Source: Pristiophorus japonicus (lineage: Eukaryota). Taken from it: a stretch of 64,000 nt of DNA. Below the pieces are notes generated by a model. That model was not told the DNA's origin and did not search any database. It saw only the letters and a list, made by a program, of their open reading frames with translations. How positions within the stretch are numbered: position 1 is the first letter of the stretch; each line of letters begins with the position of its first letter. Below are positions 53,228 to 64,000 of the stretch, piece after piece. Both the position numbers and the translations under genes were made by a program. The stretch spans positions 35,092,001-35,156,000 of the forward strand of contig NC_091999.1 in assembly GCF_044704955.1 (NCBI RefSeq), in the 5' to 3' direction.

Positions 53228-53673
53228 TGATATTTAGAAACACTTTGCATTTATATAGCGCCTTTCATAATCTCATGATGTCCCAAAATGATTTACAGAC
53301 AATGAATTACTTTGGAAGTGTGGTCACTGTTATGTACGAAACGTTGCAGCCAATTGGTGCACAGCAAGATCCAGCAAACAGCAATGAAATAATGATCAGA
53401 TCATCTATTTTTCAGATATTGGTTAAGGGATAAATATTTGTGCTGTAAACCCTGGAGAACTCCTCTACACTTCAATATAGTGCTACGCGTCCTTTAAATC
53501 CACCTGAGTGGGAAGACGGGGACTCAGTTTAATGTCTGCCCCAAAAGACATTGCAGCACTCCCTCAGTACTGGCACCAGACGTGTCAGCATAGATTATTT
53601 GCTCAGGTCTCTGGAGTGGGGTTTAGTATCTGACCTTCTGAAGCAGAGGCGAGAGTGATCCCACTGAGCCGAG
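53228..53673 (-). mobile_element. Deu-type SINE (unit C copy)
   Basis: A box GGCTCAGTGG on the minus strand; paralogous position to the other three copies. Confidence 0.72.
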
Positions 53674-55004
53674 GCTTGAACATATTACAGCAGGTATTTT
53701 AAAATGTTGCCATTCAGCTCATCGTGTCTGAAGTTCAGGGCCTGAGCCCAGTCTTACTCCGGTCCTTTTATTATCAGGGGCGAGTTCTCCAATCTTGCCT
53801 GGGATGTCATTTCCACACTTGTATTTCCAATGGGTCCATGTAAAAGTGTCAGCGATTCCGCAAGGAACAGCTGGAAGTGCCTGAAGCACAAGGACTCACG
53901 GTTTACACTAGTTTTACACTGTGTCAGATGCATTATCAGAGCAGCTGGAAGCTGGGACTGTTCTGCTTAGAGCCGAGCAGGTTATGGGCCACTTAATAGA
54001 GGTGCTCAAAATCGTTACGAATTTTATTCGGGTAAATTGACATATACTCCATCACTCCGTCCCTCCAGTCCTCCCATGCTCCACCCGTCTCTACTCCACT
54101 CCCTCCCTTTATCGCTTCCTTCCTCCATCCCTTCCACCCTCCACCGGTCTCTCCTTCCCTCCCTCCATCAATCTCTCCCTCCCTGCACCAATCCCTCCCT
54201 CCCTCCGTCCATTCCTCACCCCTCCATCACGCCACCCCTCCCTTGCTCCACTTCTCCCTCCCTCAGCCCAACCGATTTTCTTTTCCTTTCCAGTTTTTCT
54301 GCTCCCATCGATGAGTATTCCTCAGATGGAATTTTCTGCACCCAAGTCCTTCACCGAGCTTTAATATATATTAACAAATAAGAGAGAGAGCGAATGCTAA
54401 TATATATATTTAATACCACCCCCCCAAAAAAAAACCTGACAAGAAATAAAATGGCAAACTTTCCGGAGAGGGAGTTGGCTGGGGAACTGGCACTGGATAG
54501 AAATTCTAGACAGGGCAGTCAGGATATTTTTCCGTTATGTAAATAAAAAAATTAAAGATAATAATTTTAGAAATTGTTTTAAGACATCGTCGACTTCAGC
54601 CGCTCATTTTTCCTTCCCTTTCTCGCTGTTGAGGACGGGCCATTGCCCCCTGGAGCTCGGTGCCATTCTGTGTACCGGACGGTAGCATGCAAGCTCTCGC
54701 TATGCGGACAGATTTGGAGAAGCTGGGGCTCTTCTCCTTACAGCAGAGAAGTGTGAGGGGAGATTTACCAGATTGTTACCAGGGATGAATGACTATAAAC
54801 ACGAGTTCAGCCCCAGCTGGAGTATTGTGTCAAATTCTGGCCACCATACTTTAGGAAGGACGTGGAGACTTTCGAAAGCGTGCAGAAGAGATTTACTGGA
54901 AATGTATCAGGGATGGGGATTAAAATTATGTGGAGAGACTGGAGAATCTCGGGCTGCTCTCCTTACAGCAGAGAAGGTTGAGAGGAGATTAGTAAATTAT
55001 AAGA

Positions 55005-57485
55005 ACCTAAGAACATAAGAAAGAGGAGCAGGAGTAAGCCATACGGTCCCTCGAGCCTGCTGCGCTGTTCAATAAGATCATGGCTGTTCTGATCATGGAC
55101 TCAGTTCCACTATCGCGCCCGCTCCCCATTAACCAATATCCCCTTATCATTTAAGAAACTGTCTATTTCTGTCTTAAATGTGTTCAACGTCCCAGTTTCC
55201 ACAGCTCTCTGAGCAGGGAATACCACAGATTTACCACCCTCAGAGGAAATTTCTACTCATCTCAATTTTTCATGGGCGACCCCGATTCCAAGATCATGCC
55301 CTCTAGTTCCAATCTCCGCCATCAAAGGAAACATCCTCTTTGCATGCACCTTGACAAGCCCCCTCATAATATGATACATTTCGATAAGATCACCTCTCAT
55401 TTTTCTGAATTCCAATGAGTAGCGGGCCAACCGACTCAACCTTTCCTCATAAGTCAACCTCCTCATCCCCAGAATCAACAGAGTGAACCTGCTCTGAATT
55501 GTCTCCAAAGCAAGTTTATCCTTTTGTAAATATGGAAACCAATACTGCACGCAGTATTCCAGGTGTGGCCTCACTAATACCGTATATAGCTCTAGCAAGA
55601 CTTCCCGCTTTTATACTCCATCACCTTTGCAATAAAAGCCAAGATACCATTGGCCATCCTGATCACTTGCTATACCTGCATACGATCCTTTTGTGTTTCA
55701 TGCACAGTATCCCCACGACCCGCTGTACGGGGGCACGTTGCAATCTTTCTCCATTTAAATAATATCTTGCTGCTTGATTTTTTTTCTGCAAAGTGCATGA
55801 CCTCCCACATTCCAACATTATATCCATCTGCAGATAGTGTGTGTCCTCCTCACACATTGCTTTTCCTCCAATCTTTTTATCGTCAGCAAATTGGCTACGT
55901 TACACTCAGTCCCTTCTTCCAAGCCGTTAATGAAGATCGTAAATAGTTGGGGTCCCTGCACTGATCACTGCAGCATTGCATAGTTTCGCGTTGCAAACCA
56001 GAGAATGAACCATTTATCCCGACTCTCTGTTCTCTGTTAGTTAGCCAATCCTCTGTCCATGCTAATATATTACCCCCAACCCCGTGAACTTTTATGTTAT
56101 ACATAGAAACATAGAAACATAGAAAATAGGTGCAGGAGTAGGCCATTCGGCCTTTCTAGCCTGCACCGCCATTTAATGAGTTCATGGCTGAACATTCAAC
56201 TTCAGTACCCCATTCCTGCTTTCTCGCCATACCCCTTGATCCCCCTAGTAGTAAGGACCTCATCTAACTCCTTTTGGAATATATTTAGTGAATTGGCCTC
56301 AACAACTTTCTGTGGTAGAGAATTCCACAGGTTCACCACTCTCTGGGTGAAGAAGTTCCTCTGCATCTCGGTCCTAAATGGCTTACCCCTTATCCTTAGA
56401 CTGTGACCTCTGGTTCTGGACTTCCCCAACATTGGGAACATTCTTCCTGCATCTAACCTGTCTAACCCCGTCAGAATTGTAAACGTTTCTATGAGGTCCC
56501 CTCTCATTCTTCTGAACTCCGTTGAATACAAGGCCAGTTGATCCAGTCTTTCTTGATAGGTCAGTCCCGCCATCCCGGGAATCAGTCTGGTGAACCTTCG
56601 CTGCACTCCCTCAATAGCAAGAATGTCCTTCCTCAGGTTAGGAGACCAAAACTGTACACAATACTCCAGGTGTGGCCTCACCAATGCCCTGTACAACTGT
56701 AGCAACACCTCCCTGCCCCTGTACTCAAATCCCCTTGCTATGAAGGCCAACATGCCATTTGCTTTCTTAACCGCCTGCTGCACCTGCATGCCAACCTTCA
56801 ATGACTGATGTACCATGACACCCAGGTCTCTTTGCAGCTCCCCTTTTCCTAATCTGTCACCATTCAGATAATAGTCTGTCTCTCTGTTTTTACCACCAAA
56901 GTGGATAACCTCACATTTATCCACATTATATTTCATCTGCCATGCATTTGCCCACTCACCTAACCTATCCAAGTCGCTCTGCAGCCTCACAGCATCCTCC
57001 TCGCAGCTCACACTGCCACCCAACTTAGTGTCATCCGCAAATTTGGAGATACTACATTTAATCCCCTCATCTAAATCATTAATGTACAGTGTAAACAGCT
57101 GGGGCCCCAGCATAGAACCTTGCGGTACCCCACTAGTCACTGCCTGCCATTCTGAAAAGTACCCATTTACTCCTACTCTTTGCTTCCTGTCTGACAACCA
57201 GTTCTCAATCCATGTCAGTACACTACCCCCAATCCCATGTGCTCTAACTTTGCACATCAATCTCTTGTGTGGGACGTTGTCAAATGCCTTCTGGAAGACC
57301 AAATACACCACACCCACTGATTCCCTTTTATCCACTCTGTTCGCTACATACTCAAAGACCTCCAGCAAATTTTTCAAACATGACTTCACCTTCATAAATC
57401 CAAGCTGCATCTGCCTGACCGAATTTTGCTTTTCCAAATGTCCTGCTACTGCTTTGTTTATAATGGAATCGAACATTTTTCCAAG
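55005..57485 (-). mobile_element. Older antisense CR1 (55005-56100 and 57276-57485), paralog of 38305-44420, interrupted by a young CR1
   Basis: Minus-strand ORF 55257..55598; same flanks as in unit B. Confidence 0.88.
56101..57275 (-). mobile_element. Young 5'-truncated CR1, antisense
   Basis: Reverse-complement tail (ACATAGAA)n at 56101. ORF 56202..57488 is nearly identical to the young family downstream of the VPHKRL motif. Confidence 0.95.
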
Positions 57486-57617
57486 CAAGATTAGTACGAG
57501 GCATTAGGGACTTCAGTTAATGTGGAGGGAATGGAGAAGATGGGAATGTTCTACTTGAAGGGGAGAAGTTAATGTGGAGATTTGATCGACGTGTTTAAAA
57601 TCATCAAGGGTTTAGAT

Positions 57618-60600
57618 CAGTGGTTCTCAACCGGTGTGCTGCGGCACATTGGTGTGCCGTGAACCCTTCACAGGTGTGCCGGCAAATTGTGTAAAAGTAT
57701 GGTGGACTTTAGCTGATTTCTCAATGAAACACAAACCATTTCACTCTGAAACAGAAGGAGAGGGGGAGAGAGAGAAACAGACAGACACATATGTCATTTA
57801 CCTATATGTATGACGCCACTGCTGTAGTAAACATTGCCACTATTGACAAATAACTATCTATTTATCTCTACTATTATCATAAAAACTATGTTCTAGAGTT
57901 GTACAAGTAATAATGACAAGAGATATCACACAAAAACAATTTAAATGTCCATACTCAGAACAAAGTCCATTCTCAAAATATGTTTCCTTTGAGTACTCGA
58001 CACCACACACCCCCACCCCACCACCCCATCTCTCTCATTCCCTTACTCCCTCCCATTACTGATAGAGAAATGCGAGTGCCTACCATCGACTGAGACGGTG
58101 TGTGTGTGTGTATGTATAAGCGTGTGCTTGTGTGTGAATGTGCGTCTGTACCAAAGCCTACCCAGAGGGGCAGTTGGGCCATGGCCACGCCCAATCCAAA
58201 ATAATAGTATTAAATTATTCATGTGAAAAGCTTAAAATGTCATTATTATATTGGATGAAAGAAATGAAAGAAAAGTCTATCACATATGCAGTAAAACGTG
58301 TAGTTTTTATAATAAAATGTCAAACCTATTTAATTGCATTTAACCACATTCTTATTTATATTTTGATATTTTTGTTCATTGATGTCCAGCTTGATGTGTG
58401 GCCGGGACTGGCGGCATCTTTGACGCTTTGACCTGATATAGCACCAATTAGCGGCTCCTTTGATGCAGGCCACATCCAATTTGACCTGGTCTCGCCATCC
58501 TAGCGGTTACTTTGATTTCTGAGCGTTTGCTTTTAGCATATTTTGACCACAGTCAAAATCAAAACTTCCTGTTCAATTCTAGGTTCGTTTCTGTCTGGAC
58601 TTCTGGAGTTTGGAAATTGGAAGCCTCAGTTCGTATCTGTCTGAAGTTTGGATCATTCAGAAGAACAAAGTTTGTCTCCCCAATGGAAAATTCATCATAA
58701 GAAAACGTAAAAAAGAGCAAGGAGATATCAATGACAATGCCACTACAAGTAGCGCTTGTAGGCCTACAACCAACGCCAGTACAAGTGGCGCTGAACCGAA
58801 TCCTAAAAAATCCAAAATTCATCGTCGATATATCGAGGATTATTTGAGGTTCGGTTTTTCATGGACAGGAGAAGAAGAATGCCCCATTCCATTGTGTGTT
58901 TGTGCGGCAAAAAACTGTAGAACAGTGCAATGGTTCCCAGCAAATTGAAACGTCATTTTACTATGAAACATGCACATCTTTCAACAAAAGATCAGAGTTA
59001 TTTTAGGAGATTGATTGCGACGCAATCAAAACTAGTGAAATATTTTGAAAGAATGTTAAGATGTCAGGTAAGGTTCGAATTGCTTCTTATGAAGTTGCTG
59101 AATTAATAGTGCAGAGAATGAAGTCTCATACTGTAGCTGAGTCACTTATTTTGCCTGCATATCGTAAAATTGCCAAAATAATGCTTGGTGATGCAGCGGA
59201 ACAAGAAATTAGAAACATTCCGCTGTCTGACGATACAATTTGGAGAAGCATAAATGAAATATCACCTAACATTGAAGAACATATAGCCAAGAAACTTACA
59301 AACTCGAATTTTGCTGTGCAACTCGAGGTATCCACCGACATTAGTGATAAATGTTAGCATTTGCTCGCTTCATTCATGAAAACGAGATATTTAACCGATT
59401 TCTCTGCTGAATAGAACTCCCGGAAAATACTAGAGGTGAAGACATATTTGATTCCGTGAATTCTTATTTAGAAGACTTGAACATTTCATGGGACTCATGT
59501 GTTGGAATCTGCATGGACGGTGTTCAGTCTATGGTGGGATTTGTCAAAGGATTCATTACGCTTGCAAAAAAACATAATTCAAATATATTATTCACCCAAT
59601 GCTTTTTGCATAGAGAAGCACTTGTTACAAAGACATTACTGCTAGAATTAAGATCTGTGTTCGATCAAGTTGTTAATATCATAAAGTATATGAAATCAAG
59701 ACCTTTAAAAACTTGCATGTTTAAACAGCTCTGCAAAGTGATGGATGCACAGCACGAATGTTTACTTTTGCATACAGAGGTAAGATGGCTTTCAAGGGGA
59801 AAAGTCTTATGTCGTGTATTTGAACTTAAAGAATAATTGTCAGTATTTTTTGAAAAAGAAGGAAATGATACATTTTGCAAATACCTTAAGAGTGAAATGT
59901 GGTGTGCTAAGTTGGCATATTTGGCAGCAACAGTTAATTATCCAAACAGCGTTAATACCAGTATGCAAGGGCGAAATGAAAACATTCTCACCTCTACAGA
60001 CAAGCTATTAGCTTTTCAGAAAAACATTTCTAACTAGAAAAAGAGAGCAACAGAAACAAAATCTTGAAATGTTCCCTATGATACCAAATCACAGTGTTAG
60101 AAAAGGTTGCACCTATTGTAATAGAGCCTTTGGCATCACTGGAAGACAACATCAAAAAATGTTTTCCATCTTTGGATGTAGAGAATATGATTGGGTAAGA
60201 AATCCATTTTCTCCAACTAGCACGTCAGATTTTGATTTTACATTGCAAGAAGAAGAAAAATTGACTTCCATTTCGACAGACCACAGCCTTAAAATGAAAC
60301 TTTCAGATATGTCTCTTGATGAATTCTGGGTTTCTATTAAAGAAGAATATCCTGCAATATCAAAAAAAGCTTTGATAATTCTGATGCAGTTTTCAACATC
60401 TCTGCGAATTAGGATTCTCAACCCTTACGAATATCAAATGCAAAAAAGGGAAAAACTTAGCGAACTTGAACACGAAATGAGAGAGGCCTTATCGGTTATA
60501 TGCCCTAATATTAGTGACATATCCAAAAAAACGTCAGGGACAAGTATCATATCAAAATACTAATTAATCTATAATTAACGTGAGGATTTATTATTATAGT

Positions 60601-60821
60601 TTATTACGTTATTGTTACATTCAGAATAAAAAATAATTAATAACATACATGTGTACAATGTTGTATATCTTCATATACTGTGATTAATAAAATGTTTCTT
60701 AAATTTTCTGAAATTTGCTTATTTTAACCTTTGTGTTCACCTTTTAATCCCTTCAAGTGTGCCACCAAAAATTCTAGTATACAAAAGTGTGTCGCTAACA
60801 CAAAAAGATGGAGAACCTTTG
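57618..60821 (+). mobile_element. Complete hAT DNA transposon, Buster/Charlie (ZBED5/SCAND3/FAM200-like) type, with decayed transposase
   Basis: Left TIR CAGTGGTTCTCAACC; right end ...GGAGAACCTTTG; 8-bp TSD GTTTAGAT at 57610-57617 and 60822-60829 with a central TA; subterminal GTGTGCC repeats at both ends. Confidence 0.96.
58683..60563 (+). pseudogene. hAT transposase pseudogene
   Basis: BED-finger region (YLRFGFSWTGEEECPIPLCVC...PSKLKRHFTMKH), then PLSDDTI, AVQLEVSTD, CFLHREALV, HTEVRWLSRG and DWVRNPF, with stops and frameshifts. Confidence 0.93.
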
Positions 60822-63120
60822 GTTTAGATAGAGTAATTAGATAGAAATTGATTCAGATGTAAGGTGATTGACAAAAGAACCAGAGGCGATATTTGGACGA
60901 AACGTTCCATGCAACCACTGGTTAGGATTTGGGTTGTACTGCCTGATAGGGTGGTAGATTTAGATTCAATAGTTGCCCTTAAAAGGAAAGTGTACAAATA
61001 CTTGAAGGAGGAAAAAATGCAGGGATATAGGGAAAGTGCGCGGGAGTGGGACTAACGGGATTGCTCTTCAAAAGAGCCGGCGCAGACTCTATGGGCTGAA
61101 TTCTCACCTTCTGTGCCATACTAATCTATCAGTGACCAGAACACGGTTCAATTTCAAATTCAGTTGGAGAGTGCGAGAGTTGGTTCTCAAACCACTGTAC
61201 AAACCTTAAAAATAGGAGGCTACAAAGGTCTGAGGGCAGTGGTGGATAAAGCGGACTGGGAAAATAGATAAAAGTGTGGGACAGTTGATGAGCAGTGGCA
61301 GACGTTTAAGGAGATATTTCATAACTCGCAACAAAAATATCTCGCAATGAGAAGGCAAGACAGTAAGAGTGGGGATAACCATCCTTGGCTAACTAAGGAA
61401 ATAAGGGATGGTATCAAATTGGAAACAAAGGCATACAATGTGGCCAAGATTAGTGGGAGGCTAGAGGATTGGGAAACTGTATAAAGCCAGCAAAGGACAA
61501 CTAAACAAATTATAAAGAGAGGGAAGATAGATTATGAAAATAAACCAGCACGGAATATAAACACAGATAGTAAGACTTTCTGCAGGTACATAACAAGCAA
61601 AAGAAATGCTGAACTAAATGTTGGTCACCAAGAGGATCAGACTGGGGAATTAATAATGGAGAACAGGAAATGGCAGACACGTTGAACATATATATTGTAT
61701 CGGTCTTCACGGTAGCAGACACCAAAAACATCTAAATAGTGGAAAATCAAGGCACTACATGGAGGGAGGAAATGATTACAATCACTATCACTAAGTAAGT
61801 AGTACTAGGTAAAATAATGGGACTTAAGGCGAACAATTCCCCAGGGCCTGATGGCTTACATCCAAAGGTCCTGAAAGAAGTGGCTGCAGAGATGCTGGAT
61901 GCATTGGTTGTAATCTACCAAAATTCCTTCGTTTCTGGGGCGTTCCCAGCGTATTGGAAAACTGCAAATGGAGTGCCCCTATTTAAAAAAAAATAGGCAG
62001 ACAAAAAGCAAGAAACTATAGACTAGTGAGCCGAACATCTGTCATTGGGAAAATGCTGGAGTCCATTAAGAAAGCAGTCACGGGACATTTGGAAAAGCAT
62101 AATTCAATCAAGCAGAATCAGCATGGTTTCATGAACGGGAAATCATGTTTGACAAATTTGGTGTAGATCTTTGAGGATGTAACGAGCAGGGTGGATTAGG
62201 GTGAGCCATTGGATGTAGTGTATTTGGATTTCCAGAATGCATTCGATAAGGTGCCACATAAAAGTTTACTGCACGGTAAACGTTCATGGCGTTTGGGTTA
62301 CCATATGGATAGAGGATTGGCTAACTAACAGATCGCAGAGTCAGGATAAATTGGTCAATTTCCGGTTGGCAAACAGTAACTCATGGTGTGCCGCTAGGTT
62401 CGGGGCTGGAACCTCAACTATTTACAATCAATAGTAATGACTTGGATAAAGGGCTGCAGCGTAATATAGCCAATATGCAGATAATACAAAGATAGATGCG
62501 AAAGAAAATTGTGAGGAGGACACAAAAAATCTGCAAAGGGATATGGAGAGTCTAAGTGAGTGGGCAAAACTGTACAGGATATTGATGATGCCACACATAG
62601 AGTACTGCGTCCAGTTTTGGTCTCCGTATTTAAGAAAGGATATACCTGCATTGGAGGTATTTCAACGAAGATTGATTCCGGAGATAGGTTGAGTAGGTTG
62701 GGCGTATGCACATTGGAATTCAGAAGAATGAGAGGTCATCTTATTGAAACTTATAAGATAATAAGGGTGCTCGACAAGGTGGATGCAGAGAGGCTATTTC
62801 CACTCATAGGGGCAAATAGAACTAGTGGACATATTCTCAGAATAAGGAGCCGCCCATTTAAAACTGCGATGAGGCGGAATTTCTTCGCTCAGAGTCTTGT
62901 AAATATGTGGAATTCGCAGCCCCAGAGATTTGTGGAGGCTAGGTCATTGAATATATTTAAGGTGGAGATAGAAAGGTCTTTGAATGATAAGAGAATAAAG
63001 GGTTATGGGGATCGCGCGGAGAGTTGGAGCTGAGTCCATGATCAGATCATCCATAATACTAAGTTGCAGAGCAGGATCGAGGGACCAGGTCGTCTCCTCC
63101 TGCTCCTATTGCTTATGTTC
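60822..63120 (+). mobile_element. Old CR1 fragments with tail (unit C)
   Basis: Paralog of 46300-48630, with the same internal deletion near 62570. Confidence 0.88.
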
Positions 63121-64000
63121 TTTTGTTTACATTACACTAGGCACTATCTTTGTTGAAATTACACGAAACCTTGTCGTTGTTTAATTACATTAGGCCCTGT
63201 CTCTGTTGATGTTACACTCGACCTTGTCTCTCTTCAGATTGCACTGCGCCCTGTCTATCTTTATATTACACTCGACCGTGTCTCTGTTTAAATTACACTA
63301 GACCCTGTCTCTGTTTAAATTACACCCTGTCTCTGTTTATATTGCATTAGACCCTGTCTCTGTTGATATTACACTGGGCCCTGTCTCTGTTTATATTACA
63401 CCAGGCCCGTTCTCTCTTTATATTACACAGGACCCTGTTTGTCTTTATATTACACTAGACCCTTTCTCTTATTATATTATACTGGGCCCTGTCTCTCTTT
63501 ATATTACTCTAGGCCCTGCCTCTCTTTTTATATTGCATTAGGCCCTGTCTTTGTTTATGTTACACTAGACCCTGTCTACCTTTAAGTTACACTAGGCCCT
63601 GTCTCTGTTTATATTACAGCTGTCCCGGTCTCTCCTTATATTACACTGGACCCTTTCTCTCTTTATATTACACTTGGCCCTGTCTCTCTTTAAATTACAC
63701 TGGACCCTGTCTATCTTTATATTGCACTCGGCCCTTTCTCTGTTTATGTTACACTAGACCCTGTATCCCTTTATTTTACACTAGACCCTGTCTCCCTTTA
63801 TGTTACACTCGACCTTGTCTCTGTTTATATTACACTGGACCCTTTCTCTCTTTATATTACACTAGACCCTGTTTCTCTTTATATTACACTAGACCTTGTC
63901 TCTTATTATATTATGCTGGGCCCTGTCTCTCTTTATATTGCACTAGGCCCTGTCTCTGTTTAGATTGCACTAAACCCTATCTACCTTTATGTTACACGAG
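63120..64000 (+). repeat. 27-bp satellite array running off the window
   Basis: Tandem units of the 27-bp consensus. Confidence 0.95.

Larger units (their letters stand above)
49504..54699 (-). pseudogene. Unit C copy of the unidentified gene: exon x ~54608-54699, a 54459-54532, b 54286-54358, c 53758-53880, d 52603-52682, e 52435-52539, terminal f 49504-49607
   Basis: Exon c is intact with canonical sites (tgcttcag|ALPAVPCGIADTFTWTHWKYKCGNDIPGKIGELAPDNKRTG|gtaaga). Exon d has AG/GT sites. f = DRLNQMRE*TPVDIGTLRQPIRRCCEITLPSSL*. Stops occur in a, b, e and f. Confidence 0.75.

Noticed and set aside
372-57507. Recurrent antisense ORFs opposite CR1 RT and endonuclease (for example 968..1234, 41484..42185, 57028..57507)
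   Set aside because: They are shadow frames of ORF2 and recur only because the element is repeated.

Overview
Repeat-saturated vertebrate genomic DNA, most likely from a cartilaginous fish (inferred from CR1 LINE dominance, a Deu-type SINE and shark-like CR1 tails). I found no intact host protein-coding gene, rRNA, true tRNA or CRISPR array. Most of the window is CR1-clade LINE of several ages, including one full-length but disabled copy at 39512-44266. It also holds a complete decayed Buster/Charlie-type hAT transposon with TIRs and an 8-bp TSD (57618-60821), a truncated duplicate of it, a 27-bp satellite, a ~67-bp tandem repeat, microsatellites and two assembly gaps. Under the repeats the window is a diverged tandem segmental duplication: units A (~21.7-31.9 kb), B (~31.9-49.0 kb), C (~49.0-64 kb) and a partial unit 0 (~9.4-11.5 kb). 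Each unit carries, on the minus strand, up to seven small exons with conserved lengths and chaining splice phases. They reconstruct to about 215 C-terminal residues of a protein I could not identify. All copies are disabled and none has the 5' part of the gene. All alignments were made by eye, so boundaries of old repeats are approximate.
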